The position numbers were made by a program, and so were the translations under genes. Below the pieces are notes generated by a model. It did not search any database. It saw only the letters and a program-made list of their open reading frames with translations, and was not told the origin of the DNA. A stretch of DNA of 64,000 bases from Amphiscolops sp. MND2022 (Eukaryota), in NCBI GenBank assembly GCA_964187785.1, contig OZ076409.1, positions 20,834,001 to 20,898,000 of the forward strand, written 5' to 3'. Shown here piece after piece: positions 57,401-64,000 of the stretch (the first letter of the stretch is position 1; each line of letters opens with the position of its first letter).

Positions 57401-60091
57401 AAGAAGAATCAACAGATGTAGAAATCATGGCTAGATGCATCGAGAGACAGCTAACTGAGCCAATTGCTATTCCCAACTCCGGGACATCAAGTACGCAAGT
57501 TAGGTGTGGGACACCTAAACCAAGCTTCCCACCTTTTCCTACATTCTCTCAGCAGTTTTTTAAGCTGGGTTGGGGAAATGGACCGGTAGGACGAGATACC
57601 CGAGTCAAGGCCACTCACCCTATCAACATTTGTAGGGACTTACGCCCTATGATTGATACGCCAATGTCGCCTCCCCCAGAGGACAGAGGGCCGTCCTGTA
57701 TGCAAGAGACGCCAACTTGCTCGTATTTAACGGACACTGCCTCAATCGAAACAGTTGCGAACCACTTTGACGGCATGGCTTTATCCGAGTGCGCTGGCCT
57801 TGCAGGCTGTTCAGATTTGCGTAATTTGCGGGAAATCGGTCCAACAAATTCAAGCGGAAACAGTCAATGATTACATTGATAAGACTGTCGTGCCGGGTGA
57901 AACCCTTGCGTGCGGAAACTGAGAGGAGGAAAAGGGCCTTTCTGGACGGGATGGCTGCTGGCACATTTTTACTCATGCCAGGGGGAGTGTCGCAGGCGGC
58001 CGCCTGCGATGGCAATTGGTATTCAGTGGCCTTCGGTTACGACAGAGTGTTGCCAGGAACGATCCCCCTCAACTAAAGAAGATCAAAAGAGTGGACGCGA
58101 CAATCGGGCTCAGAAATCAAAGTAAAAAAAAGATCGAAACTTTTACAACAAAACTATTTTGTGCTATTATTTTCAAACATGTAACTATATCTGTTTAGTG
58201 GTTGTGTTATATTAGTTACTTTTCAACATGTAAAATTGATCAAATACATTAATAATTGGACACCAAGGCGTACAGGTAGAGGAAACGAGTTCAAATGTTT
58301 CCTCTCCTGTCGCTGAGGACGGCCAGTCCGATTATTAAATTGACCAATCACAGCGCAGTAGTTGATTAATTCATTCATTTTAGTATGGCGCAGTTTTGTA
58401 TAATCGCCGTACTCGGCCTTTGTTTGTCTGTTTATTTAAGAGAGATTAAAGGACTGCTAGTCCAACTTGCCAAGCATCGCCTTTAATGCATCAATATATT
58501 GGTCCCTTCATGTCGAATTGGACAGTGAGGACGTAAATCTTTGGCGCTAACAAAGGTACAAGTATATTCATGAAGTGTTGCTATTTCATATTCCCTGTAC
58601 TTACAGGGCTGAATACCATGCAATTTGTTAGTTGACATGAAAGGTTAAATTTACATGTAAAACATGTAGCGTTGCATTATTGTTATGTTGAGGACGTAGC
58701 GTCCACATGAACAACTTAAGCCGACAAGCTTTGATGTCTATTTTTAGACCATGATGTTATAACGTGATGCTATTTATAACTTAGTGATTCTAAAATTAGT
58801 CCCATGATGCTCTAAATTTGAGCTGTCACCCTAGCAAGGATATATAAACAAGGTACTCGTGGTCCTGGGGACACAATTTTGAGAACCTTCACCGAAAGCA
58901 GTATTTTATCATTTATACACTGTGAACAAGTACTATCAACTATTTGTTGGTAAAGTTTATTGGGATAATTCAAATATTTGCCCAATAGAAACATTTATGC
59001 CTTCCACAAGAAGACAGAAAGCTAAAGCTAGGATATCGAGAGAGTTAGACATGATGTCTGATATAGACAACCTAGAGATAATTCTGGGGAATTCAGGAGT
59101 AAATCCTATAGAAAGAAAGCTAGCAGATGCAATTGAACAATCCCCTGTTCAAGGTGACTATGAGGCAAGTGAGTACCGAGGGAACAATTATAGTTTCACA
59201 CAAGAAAATGAGCCAATTAGACAAAATGAAGTGAGACAATCTTTTGAGACTTTTACGAATGAGTTCAATCTTAGATTGTCTCAAGAAATGGATTCCATGA
59301 TGTCCATGGTCCACAATCAGATAAACAGAGCGATTAGCACTGCTATATCAGAAAGAGTCATTCCAGAGATTCAAAACATTGTTAGCTCAATGTCGTCTTC
59401 GGGAAATAGGGACACTGAGGCTAGTATGTCCCCAAGTAGTCAGGAGAACAAGGAAAACTCATCCGGCTTAAAAACGAAAATATTGAAAAGGACTCACGGT
59501 CCGTCGGTGATTTGAGAGACACCGCGGGAAGTGGTCACTACAATGGGAACCGCAAAAACTTCAGATTGCTCTCGATTACGAGTAAGAGTTTTTAGGACAT
59601 AACTAGCCGGTGATCTCTGCGCCTCTTTTGTTGTTAAATTGCAACTAATTGCTCACATGCTTTGTCTCTGTATTAAATTCATGTACTTCTGAACACCCCT
59701 GCCCTATACCTGGAAACAGTACTACGCCAAGAAGATAATGAACTCCAATATGGTTGTCGTGTCTCTTCTGAAGGATGGCGGAGTGCAATGCGAAAACTGC
59801 AACGATCGCCACCCAGACCGACTCACCCTTGCAGACGAGTTTTACAAGTTTGAGGACAAAAAAGGCGGCTCCATTCAGAAAAATGGGAAACCAGTTAAGG
59901 AGTATAAAGTCAACACTTGCAACTACGTGGCTCGCGCCGAGAGGTCTCAGCAAAAAGACTGTTTTGATTCGTATGACTTGGAGAAACCTCTTTTCAGCCA
60001 TGATTGCAACTCTCATTCTTTATGCCAACCAAACGTTGGGTTAATCATCGCTCTACTTTTGTATCTTCTGCTGTGTCTTTCCAGAGTATAG
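6267..60091 (+). CDS. cacna2d: Voltage-gated calcium channel alpha2delta-like subunit, full gene span (16 exons, about 1202 aa)
   Basis: Exons join in phase and sum to 3609 nt. Family motifs appear in order: VNTQHSQVLIPSDV, YMYFATTSGAVRLYPA, YDVRF..SY..PKMVVIAIDSSGSV (MIDAS), ATNQNK, LTDGG, LPCSANGYFY, LLGVSSVDV, CYFLDEGGFIV, KKIMNSNMVVV, DCFD..HDCNS, then a hydrophobic tail. Confidence 0.88.
7890..9600 (+). pseudogene. Decayed viral/retroelement envelope (class I fusion-like) glycoprotein gene
   Basis: KRRTR (8216-8230) is followed directly by hydrophobic ALPLAAVAIGAI*LFGTG. A Cys-containing ectodomain remnant (GIWFVLS..YPGCRI..IRSDLELC in ORF 8842-9285) and a TM-like segment ILIMGLTSSLLSMLLHLLFMYMII (about 9478-9550) follow. 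Many stops and frameshifts; boundaries approximate. Confidence 0.65.
12269..12780 (-). mobile_element. HINE-like repeat copy (another diverged copy at about 11400-11975)
   Basis: AACAAG...TCGGCGCCATATCTAAGGCTCAAAA at the left end and CGCCGACTAAAA at the right end. Confidence 0.65.
13923..14073 (+). CDS. cacna2d: alpha2delta-like exon 2
   Basis: tag|GTG acceptor; helix VFTMDDDLTDLTSLKNAMQMRLQQSEKAASAIRFASE; inferred phase-1 GC donor AAAG|GCTGGT. Confidence 0.7.
14470..14609 (+). CDS. cacna2d: alpha2delta-like exon 3
   Basis: ttttgcag acceptor; ...TFTQDTSYRYYNKVNTQHSQ; CAG|GTCAGT donor. Not present in the ORF track. Confidence 0.85.
15427..15595 (+). CDS. cacna2d: alpha2delta-like exon 4 (VWA_N/Cache)
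   Basis: VLIPSDVHYC...ILWTRSLNDLY...YMYFATTSGAVRLYPAS; cag acceptor, G|GTTCGC donor. Confidence 0.9.
15633..16442 (+). mobile_element. HINE-like repeat copy
   Basis: TTTAGTCGGCGG start; GGCGCTGACTTTGGCCGTTCCCG..GGCTTGTT end. Confidence 0.65.
17018..17299 (+). CDS. cacna2d: alpha2delta-like exon 5 (start of VWA, MIDAS DxSxS)
   Basis: YDVRFQQSY..PKMVVIAIDSSGSVNG..ILETLSDSD; tttag acceptor, G|GTTAGT donor. Confidence 0.92.
17515..18221. mobile_element. Candidate solo LTR (707 bp)
   Basis: GC-richer block bounded by a perfect 7-bp inverted repeat TGTAACG...CGTTACA. Only a 3-bp flanking match (TTG), not a clean 4-6 bp TSD. Confidence 0.45.
18234..18380. repeat. 147-bp near-perfect palindrome made of two head-to-head HINE-like termini
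   Basis: TGGTAACAAGTCGGGACC...GTAGCC-G-GGCTAC...GGTCCCGACTTGTTACCA, centred at 18307. Confidence 0.9.
18520..19119 (+). mobile_element. HINE-like repeat copy
   Basis: CTAGTCGGCGC start; GGCGCCGACTTGAGACGTTCCCGTCTTG end. Confidence 0.6.
19157..19361 (+). CDS. cacna2d: alpha2delta-like exon 6 (VWA)
   Basis: ATNQNKQAFRN...ANFELMFDEA...CLKYLIVLTDGG; taag acceptor, AG|GTTAAT donor. Confidence 0.9.
19450..20040 (-). mobile_element. HINE-like repeat copy
   Basis: AACAAGGCGGGAACGACTCAAGTCGGCGTCATATCTAAGG end; the body matches the split copy at 24241-27212. Confidence 0.65.
20320..20885 (-). mobile_element. HINE-like repeat copy with a duplicated terminus
   Basis: AACAAGCCGGAAACGGTTCAAGTCGGCGCC end; CGCCGACTAAAA occurs twice (about 20824 and 20873). 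Confidence 0.65.
21280..21400 (+). CDS. cacna2d: alpha2delta-like exon 7 (end of VWA)
   Basis: PEVRLAYFLEG...LPCSANGYFYK; tttttag acceptor, AAG|GTTCGT donor. Not present in the ORF track. Confidence 0.88.
21916..22009. repeat. Hairpin inverted repeat (about 40-bp arms)
   Basis: GATTCCTACAAAAATCTCACAACCTATCGGAAAAAA ... TTTTTTCCGATAGGTTGTGAGATTTTTGTAGGAATC. Confidence 0.85.
22200..22446 (+). CDS. cacna2d: alpha2delta-like exon 8 (Cache)
   Basis: WSNLH...VMTVGMPVYN...LLGVSSVDV; ttag acceptor, G|GTAGGA donor. Confidence 0.9.
22824..23075 (+). CDS. cacna2d: alpha2delta-like exon 9
   Basis: GNLLLLNSKGSVVF...EILELE; G|GTTAG donor. An alternative in-phase acceptor exists at 22845. Confidence 0.75.
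23769..24038 (+). CDS. cacna2d: alpha2delta-like exon 10
   Basis: DMQYVASVTEVRYSWSRL...; gtag acceptor, A|GTGAGT donor; phases fit both neighbours. Confidence 0.8.
24241..27212 (+). mobile_element. HINE-like repeat copy split by a LINE insertion (halves 24241-24586 and 27047-27212)
   Basis: The two halves are contiguous in the uninterrupted copy at 19450-20040 (AAAAACGTTTAATGAGCCTAAA on the minus strand). Confidence 0.75.
24587..27046 (-). mobile_element. 5'-truncated CR1/L2-type LINE (RT domain, C-terminus, 3' UTR, (TAA)n tail)
   Basis: ORF 25922-27088 has NYRPISLL, QFGFR, FLDLKKAFETV, GVPQGSILGP, LFADDT; ORF 25277-25813 is the C-terminal region. Tail at about 24587-24603; near-exact TSD GTT(C/T)AAT at 24580-24586 and 27047-27053. 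Confidence 0.92.
27474..27659. mobile_element. Small TA-flanked Tc1/pogo-like MITE remnant
   Basis: TA|CCGTA...GAATAGAAGTCGC at the left and GCGGCCTCTATTC...GAAATACGG|TA at the right. Confidence 0.45.
27761..27974 (+). CDS. cacna2d: alpha2delta-like exon 11
   Basis: ttctag acceptor; FYPVIR..IYCPGL..VYEFL..GCKQ..LIYD; AG|GTAATT donor. Confidence 0.8.
29401..29953 (+). mobile_element. Best-preserved HINE-like copy with an internal tRNA-like cassette; followed directly by a second copy from about 29953
   Basis: 5' TTTAGTCGGCGC; 3' GGCGCCGACTTGG-GCCGTTCCCGGC-TTGTTT; A box 29558-29568, B box 29609-29619. Confidence 0.75.
30905..30980 (+). CDS. cacna2d: alpha2delta-like exon 12 (tentative)
   Basis: The only candidate I found that bridges a phase-2 donor (27974) to a phase-0 acceptor (38434): gcag|A LYDKNRSATAASCSKYSCRQTMQNQ|GTCTCA. 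No family motif supports it. Confidence 0.45.
31050..38240 (+). mobile_element. Heavily degenerate Ty3/gypsy LTR retrotransposon; LTR pair not recognisable, boundaries approximate
   Basis: Coiled-coil Gag-like ORF 31371-31895; CFNCGQRDHFAREC knuckle at about 32548; protease-like GLIVTGS..FLLGRNFL (33270-33540); RT (SPWA, LRFC, DAYPLPRID, MPFGMCNS, YIDD; 34239-34969); RNase H (TDAS, VDNQAL, RNAD; 35150-35520). Most of the integrase is missing. Confidence 0.88.
38434..38610 (+). CDS. cacna2d: alpha2delta-like exon 13
   Basis: tttag|AELNEQASFIKFSSGLLVVREP...HTQ|GTTAGT; resembles the Cache 'F.gT..Gl.R' strand; phase 0/0. Confidence 0.65.
38864..39011. repeat. Imperfect long inverted repeat
   Basis: CCTGTTTCAAAGTCTCCAGCAGAATCAAAATTCAATTCTATTCGT ... 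ACGAATAGAATTGAGTTTTGATTCTGCTTGAGACTTTCAGACAGG. Confidence 0.8.
39480..40126 (+). CDS. cacna2d: alpha2delta-like exon 14 (distal Cache, alpha2/delta linker)
   Basis: ccag acceptor; AVSGIFL, CFSKEITCYFLDEGGFIV, GANLYSKDPCLMRQLVHDGIYK, CSC; inferred GC donor CAAAG|GCAGCG. Confidence 0.85.
41517..41810. repeat. Minisatellites: about 3x (GCTCCGTACGTATTAAGATTAGGCATAGCT core) and 2-3x (TGACGTCACAAAAATCATTC)
   Basis: Direct repeats visible at about 41535, 41594, 41642 and at 41706, 41732, 41787. Confidence 0.75.
43418..43496 (+). CDS. cacna2d: alpha2delta-like exon 15 (delta)
   Basis: tacag|G KVIKFHFGDKISTKGVQTNCSSTCAC|GTCAGC; phases fit exons 14 and 16. Confidence 0.75.
43521..43610. repeat. Low-complexity (AGATCT/TCTAGA/GATCAATCTA) microrepeat
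   Basis: Repeated ATCTAGATC and AATCTAG words. Confidence 0.6.
43900..44043. repeat. 144-bp loopless palindrome abutting the gypsy insertion
   Basis: Centre TGTAAC|GTTACA at 43971/43972; 72-bp arms with 2 mismatches by eye. Confidence 0.92.
44048..45603 (+). repeat. 5' LTR (1556 bp)
   Basis: Direct repeat of 57988-59542 with about 45 differences by hand count (about 97% identity); CCAAT at about 44404 and TATATAAA at 44901. Confidence 0.95.
45057..46741 (+). pseudogene. Gag (starts inside the LTR; capsid-like region and two zinc knuckles)
   Basis: ATG at 45057 (MPSTRRQKAK); TFDGKSEKFELFEDLF; CSYCKDTGHYYKSC and CDTCGKKNHATERF. In-frame TAG at 46491 and an inferred 1-nt loss near 46670; the inferred original end is SKN* at 46741. 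Confidence 0.88.
45604..45618 (+). other. Primer-binding site (priming tRNA not identified)
   Basis: TGG-initial sequence TGGTGACGGGAGCTA immediately after the LTR-terminal CA. Confidence 0.75.
46738..51823 (+). pseudogene. Pol: aspartic protease, dUTPase-like spacer, RT, RNase H, integrase (integrase frameshifted)
   Basis: IDTGA at about 47395; YASP..KLRLLVDLR; QYVDD at about 48916; MTDAS, AKEFLA, LTDNK, TAADYLSR; H..H..C..C, IDVFSRY, ITDKG, LERTH across ORFs 46771-50385, 50273-50755, 50772-51212 and 51206-51823. Confidence 0.93.
52022..56013 (-). pseudogene. Spliced antisense cargo gene of the gypsy element: acidic/Ser-rich N-terminus, NLS, BED-like zinc finger, hAT-transposase-like body
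   Basis: ORFs 54892-56013 and 54193-54792 are one frame split by a single TGA; PAKRRRV; FYCQIC..H....H. GT-AG introns 54240-54164, 53677-53609 and 53473-53366 join all pieces in phase with ORF 52022-53146, with several remaining in-frame stops. Confidence 0.75.
56014..57249. promoter_or_regulatory. Putative internal bidirectional promoter region of the element
   Basis: Non-coding gap between divergent ATGs (56013 minus, 57250 plus); AT-rich tract at about 56690-56780 and CTGATTGGCT (inverse CCAAT) at about 56832. Confidence 0.4.
57250..58076 (+). pseudogene. Sense accessory ORF overlapping the PPT and 3' LTR; unknown function
   Basis: ORF 57250-57870 (IICISSDEE, acidic) continues through two inferred frameshifts into VQICVICGKSVQQIQAE... 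and ETERRKRAFLDGM...GTIPLN* (stop at 58076, inside the LTR). Confidence 0.6.
57980..57987 (+). other. Polypurine tract
   Basis: AGGGGGAG directly before the TG of the 3' LTR. Confidence 0.8.
57988..59542 (+). repeat. 3' LTR (1555 bp), containing a duplicate of the Gag N-terminus (ATG 58997)
   Basis: Matches 44048-45603; ends CACTACA followed by the TSD ATGGG. Confidence 0.95.
59720..60091 (+). CDS. cacna2d: alpha2delta-like exon 16 (delta C-terminus, GPI-signal/TM-like tail)
   Basis: aacag|YYAKKIMNSNMVVV..CENC..TCNY..DCFD..HDCNS..LIIALLLYLLLCLSRV*. Confidence 0.85.
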   Translation, partial: YYAKKIMNSNMVVVSLLKDGGVQCENCNDRHPDRLTLADEFYKFEDKKGGSIQKNGKPVKEYKVNTCNYVARAERSQQKDCFDSYDLEKPLFSHDCNSHSLCQPNVGLIIALLLYLLLCLSRV

Positions 60092-60748
60092 TGGTTGTAG
60101 ATTTATTTGGTTTGAGAAGTAGATTCAAGCTTTTTTATTTAAAAAACGGAATGTCTTGTCCGTTGAGAGTTTTGCATGCATTAAGGCAACATTTTGTGCT
60201 ATGAAGATTGAGTTTGTAATAGTTACTGAAGAAACATCTGTAAAAACCATTGTAGTTGATAACATGTCTAATATTAACATGCAACCACTAAGAGTATTTG
60301 CAATAGTATGAAGGTTTCGGACTCATGTTTGTTCGGACAAGTTTCGTTTTGCCCAAAAACCACATGGACTTTTGAAATGCAATAGAAACAAAAATTTTAA
60401 CCGAAAATTCTTGAAATTCAGAAATACTTTCATTTGACTTAATCATTTCGTCTTTACTTAGAATTTAATGCAACCAAAAATGTGGAAGTTTTCGATTTGC
60501 AAATCCGATTGAATCCAAAATTGAAAAATTTTGACCTAGTAATCTTCCTGAAACTTTTCGCAGAAGCAAGTTGTACGTAATTTCAGTACTACTATTGTAT
60601 ATCATTGTATATCAAACTTCAAATCAATTAATTGAAACAAACAAAACATGAAAAAAAAACATGAAAACCTACCCGTGTTCTTTTTAATTTCTATTGAATC
60701 ATCGGAAATGCAGTGTTTTCATAACAGCGAAGAATTTCAATTGATGTA

Positions 60749-61333
60749 CAGTGGTGTGAAGAAAGAATGCGACATAGTTGCTCAGAATGCAAAAAATTCT
60801 CTTATCTGATTGGTTCACAAAGCCTCGCTGCTCAAATCTTATTGGTTTAACAAGCCTCGGTCGCTCGCAAAAGTCAGTATTTCCAATATTTTACCGTATT
60901 TTGGGGATAATTTTTACATGAATAATAATAAATTGGAAATACATGTATTAAGATAGGAATTTCAGACTTACACTTGGTGAAACTCCCACCAATATACATT
61001 TTCCAAATATATCCAAAATCAAATTTCTATTTCTTTTTCGAGAGATTTGAGTGTATCTGCAAGGCAAAATTTATCAAAAAATATTTATTGGATCATAGAT
61101 ATTTTCTCAAAAATAAACATTTTAGAATATTTTGCCTTCGAAATCACATGTTTCTAACTTCAGAAACAATTATGGTGGAGATTTCAAACAAAACCCATTG
61201 TATTCATAGCAAAGATTCAAGAAACTTTTGTTTTTACCATTTTACTCGAACCATTTCGAATAGTTTTGGAGATATGAGACTGCAAAATTAGCCTTTTTGA
61301 GCAGCTAAGTCGCATTCTTTCTTCACACCACTG
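60749..61333. mobile_element. Tc1/mariner-type MITE (585 bp)
   Basis: 25-bp perfect TIR CAGTGGTGTGAAGAAAGAATGCGAC / GTCGCATTCTTTCTTCACACCACTG, flanked by TA on both sides. Confidence 0.9.
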
Positions 61334-62039
61334 TATGTAAGAAAGATCAATTTCATATAGCGATTAAGACGACGCTTACTATTATTCTGTCAGGTAGCCA
61401 ATTATTAACGCCCAGATGATCAAAGTGTGTTTTATATGCTCAAGGAAGCTATTCATTGTTTGCACCAACTTGCGAAGTTTAGAAAAATTCATGTTAGACA
61501 TAAAAATCTAGATGAAAACGTTCCTTAAGATTCCATTCACGTACATGGCGTCACATGAAGTTACATTAACGAATCATGAGAACCAATGCAAGTCATACGG
61601 TCACAAGCTTCAAAAGATTTCATTTACCTTATAAGGTACATTATAACGTCATTAAACCATGCATGTCATAAAAGCACGTGAAAAACTGACTTGAGTCCAC
61701 ATACGTCATAAAGCCATATTTGGTAAAGAGCTAATATTTCCTTTTTAGCTTGTCAATGCGTCAGCGTGGTCAATTAGGGCACTTGAGATGAATTTCGCTC
61801 AAATGGACTTTCTCGCTCTTCTTGGGCAATTTTGAGGAATTTGTTATTTTCCGTAATTTGTTATTTCATATCGAAAAGGAAAATATTCAAATCAGCAGGT
61901 TTTTTTTACCGAGTTAAAAGGTTTACCCACAAAATTCAACTGTCGTAAATTAAGTATCGTGCTATGTATTTGTAGACTTTTTTGGACTTTTTTGGTTGAC
62001 CCCAAAGACCCCAGAATGACTCAAAAATGACTCCAAAAA

Positions 62040-62720
62040 TGACAAAAATTGCGAAATTTTTCCATTTTTAACGTTTTCATTCAATTTTTGTCAAATTTTT
62101 GAGATGCTTCGTGGCTTAGAATTTTGAAAATTTTCAAAAAGAAAGGAAATCGTTGACCAAGATGTAACTTTGAAGAAACAAATGCATTTCTTAAAGAAAA
62201 ATTTTCGTTTTTTACGTTTTAATGAAATTTTTGTGACATTTTTGAAAGACTTCGTGGATTAGAACGTTGAAAACGTTCAACAACGAATGAATGCGTTGTC
62301 CAAAACGGTATTTGGGGAGATAAAGGCAGTTTTGTTACAGAAAAAGGCCACAAAATGACACCAAAGTAGTCAAAAAAGTCCTATTTTTTATAATTTCCGA
62401 TTTTTACACAAAATTTTCGTGAACGTTCTCAAGGATTACAACTCTGAAACCGCTCACGAACAATTGAATCCGTTCTCCAGTAGGCTTTTTGGCGAGATAA
62501 CGCCCAGTTTTCCGGAAAAATATGCCTTAATTTGAAACCAAAATAAACGAAGAGTCCAAAAGTTTCCTGTCTATGTAGCTTTCGATGCTAATTTGAGTTC
62601 AATTTTCGAAGGTTTCTATGGGTTAGAAAGTTCAAAACAACCGAAGACGAACAAACTAACTATGTAGTAACATTTTTTGAAGAGAAAAGTGCAGTGTTTT
62701 ACATCAAAAACACTTCGAAT
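62040..62720. repeat. Diverged tandem repeat, about 4 units of 140-190 bp
   Basis: Recurring GG(A/C)TTAGAA..TGAAA..CAA..GAA..GAA..CGTT..CCA..TTTG..GA.A.A..GCA motif at about 62110, 62250, 62430 and 62620. Confidence 0.45.
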
Positions 62721-64000
62721 GGGCAGCAGTGAGTCGGAAAAGTGAAAATATCAAGCAGCTACCAAAAACTGAATAAATTCATGTTGCAACATTTAAAACT
62801 TTTGAGAACTTTTAACTAGGGTAAAAACAATATTACCCGTTGTTTTCTGTTCAACTATTTCTCAAATATCCCGTGTTTTGAATGTCAGCTTTGACAATAG
62901 TTTCACATGTTTTTCTTCTTTATTTTCTGAAGTCGACGTTACTGAAGCCCTCGACGAACTAATCCGTGGAATACTCACGACAATAGTTTACTTTTTACAT
63001 TTGTGTTCTATAGAAGCGTTTAAGGAAAATTCTCGATTTCTTGTCGGGCTACATTTAGCTTAAACGAGAGTATTACTGACGAAGTATCATTTCTGGATTA
63101 GACGGGAACGTCTCAAGATGGTGATCGGCGTGAGGCCCAAAAACGCAAGACTTTCAAAAAACCAGCGATGGTTTTTAGAGTTGAGCCGCTTTGGTGAATA
63201 CTTAAAAAAATCGAAATAGTCCAACAAGGTTTAAAAAAAAAACAGAACTACCGTCTTTTGGCGACGGCCCTGAGCAGCGGTATATTTTTTGTCCCAGATC
63301 CGAACTGTTCCAGCGAGGGCATAATTTAAGGGCAGGATAAAAACTAATAAAATATGGAAGAAGTTCGGAAAAATGGAAAATTTTGACACTTTCGATTCAT
63401 CTTAAAACATCGAAAACACTTAAAATGAGAGCATGAAATACCCAATTGCTCTATTGAACGATTCTGTTGTTGAATTATGGGGATTTCACTAACCACGTAA
63501 ATGTTCAAGAAAATGCCATTTAGTAGCTAAAAAAGTTGAATCCATTCCCCAAATACGCGGCGTCCGGGATTGGCTCATTTTTTAAAAAATTCACTCAGCC
63601 GACACACTTCCGGATACTATCAACAGATGACCAGCAAAAAGTGGTTTTTGTTGTTTAAACCTATGGATACCAAGTGTCAATAATCACTCGAGAAAACTAA
63701 CACAAGGTAGTTGAATACAAAGAAGAAAATGGTTCAATTATCAAATTATCATACTCCGTGGGCCGAATAAACATAACCGCTTCTCTAGAACGGTGCTTTT
63801 TCCGGAAAACTTCCCATTGCAAGCTACAGTACCGCTGTTGCAGCCACGTGATTAACCAAAGGTCTACTTGACTCAGCCATTTCTAAGTGATTCGCTTGAC
63901 GTCACAAAGGTCTAACTGCCCGTAGTTGCTTTTTCAATTTGTTTTCTCGGCTAATTGGTCTCTTTTTTTTTCACAAGACCACATCACTAAATTAGCGATT

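Larger units (their letters stand above)
44048..59542 (+). mobile_element. Full-length 15.5 kb Ty3/gypsy LTR retrotransposon with accessory genes
   Basis: LTRs 44048-45603 and 57988-59542 (TGT...ACA); TSD ATGGG at 44043-44047 and 59543-59547; PBS-like TGGTGACGGG at 45604; PPT AGGGGGAG at 57980-57987; domain order gag-PR-RT-RH-IN. Confidence 0.96.

Noticed and set aside
57988..59542. Second tandem element, or a DIRS-like split repeat, starting with its own gag
   Set aside because: The repeat is preceded by a PPT, ends at CA and is followed by the ATGGG TSD, so it is the 3' LTR; the element encodes a DDE integrase, not a tyrosine recombinase.
63480..64000. Promoter of a neighbouring gene (CACGTG, TGACGTCA, ATTGG motifs)
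   Set aside because: Short motifs only; no linked exon or TSS evidence inside the window.

Overview
AT-rich, repeat-dense animal genomic DNA, not prokaryotic. The species cannot be determined from the sequence alone; an invertebrate such as an acoel flatworm is only a guess. The main host feature is one + strand gene for a voltage-gated calcium channel alpha2delta-like subunit (signal peptide, VWA/MIDAS, Cache domains, hydrophobic C-terminus). By hand it assembles into 16 phase-consistent exons from 6267 to 60091 (3609 nt, about 1202 aa), with two inferred GC-AG introns. Its introns and flanks carry two CR1/L2-type LINEs, a decayed env/fusion-glycoprotein gene, a degenerate Ty3/gypsy element, many copies of a Helentron/HINE-like repeat with an internal tRNA-like cassette, MITEs and long palindromes. 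The most striking object is a complete 15.5 kb Ty3/gypsy element in the last intron (44048-59542; 1.55 kb LTRs, ATGGG target-site duplication, PBS, PPT) organised like a complex retrovirus. Its Gag ORF starts about 182 codons inside the LTR, and pol follows a -1 slippery site. It also carries an antisense, intron-containing BED-finger/hAT-like cargo gene and a sense accessory ORF that reads across the PPT into the 3' LTR. All coordinates, alignments and counts were made by eye; no database search was run.
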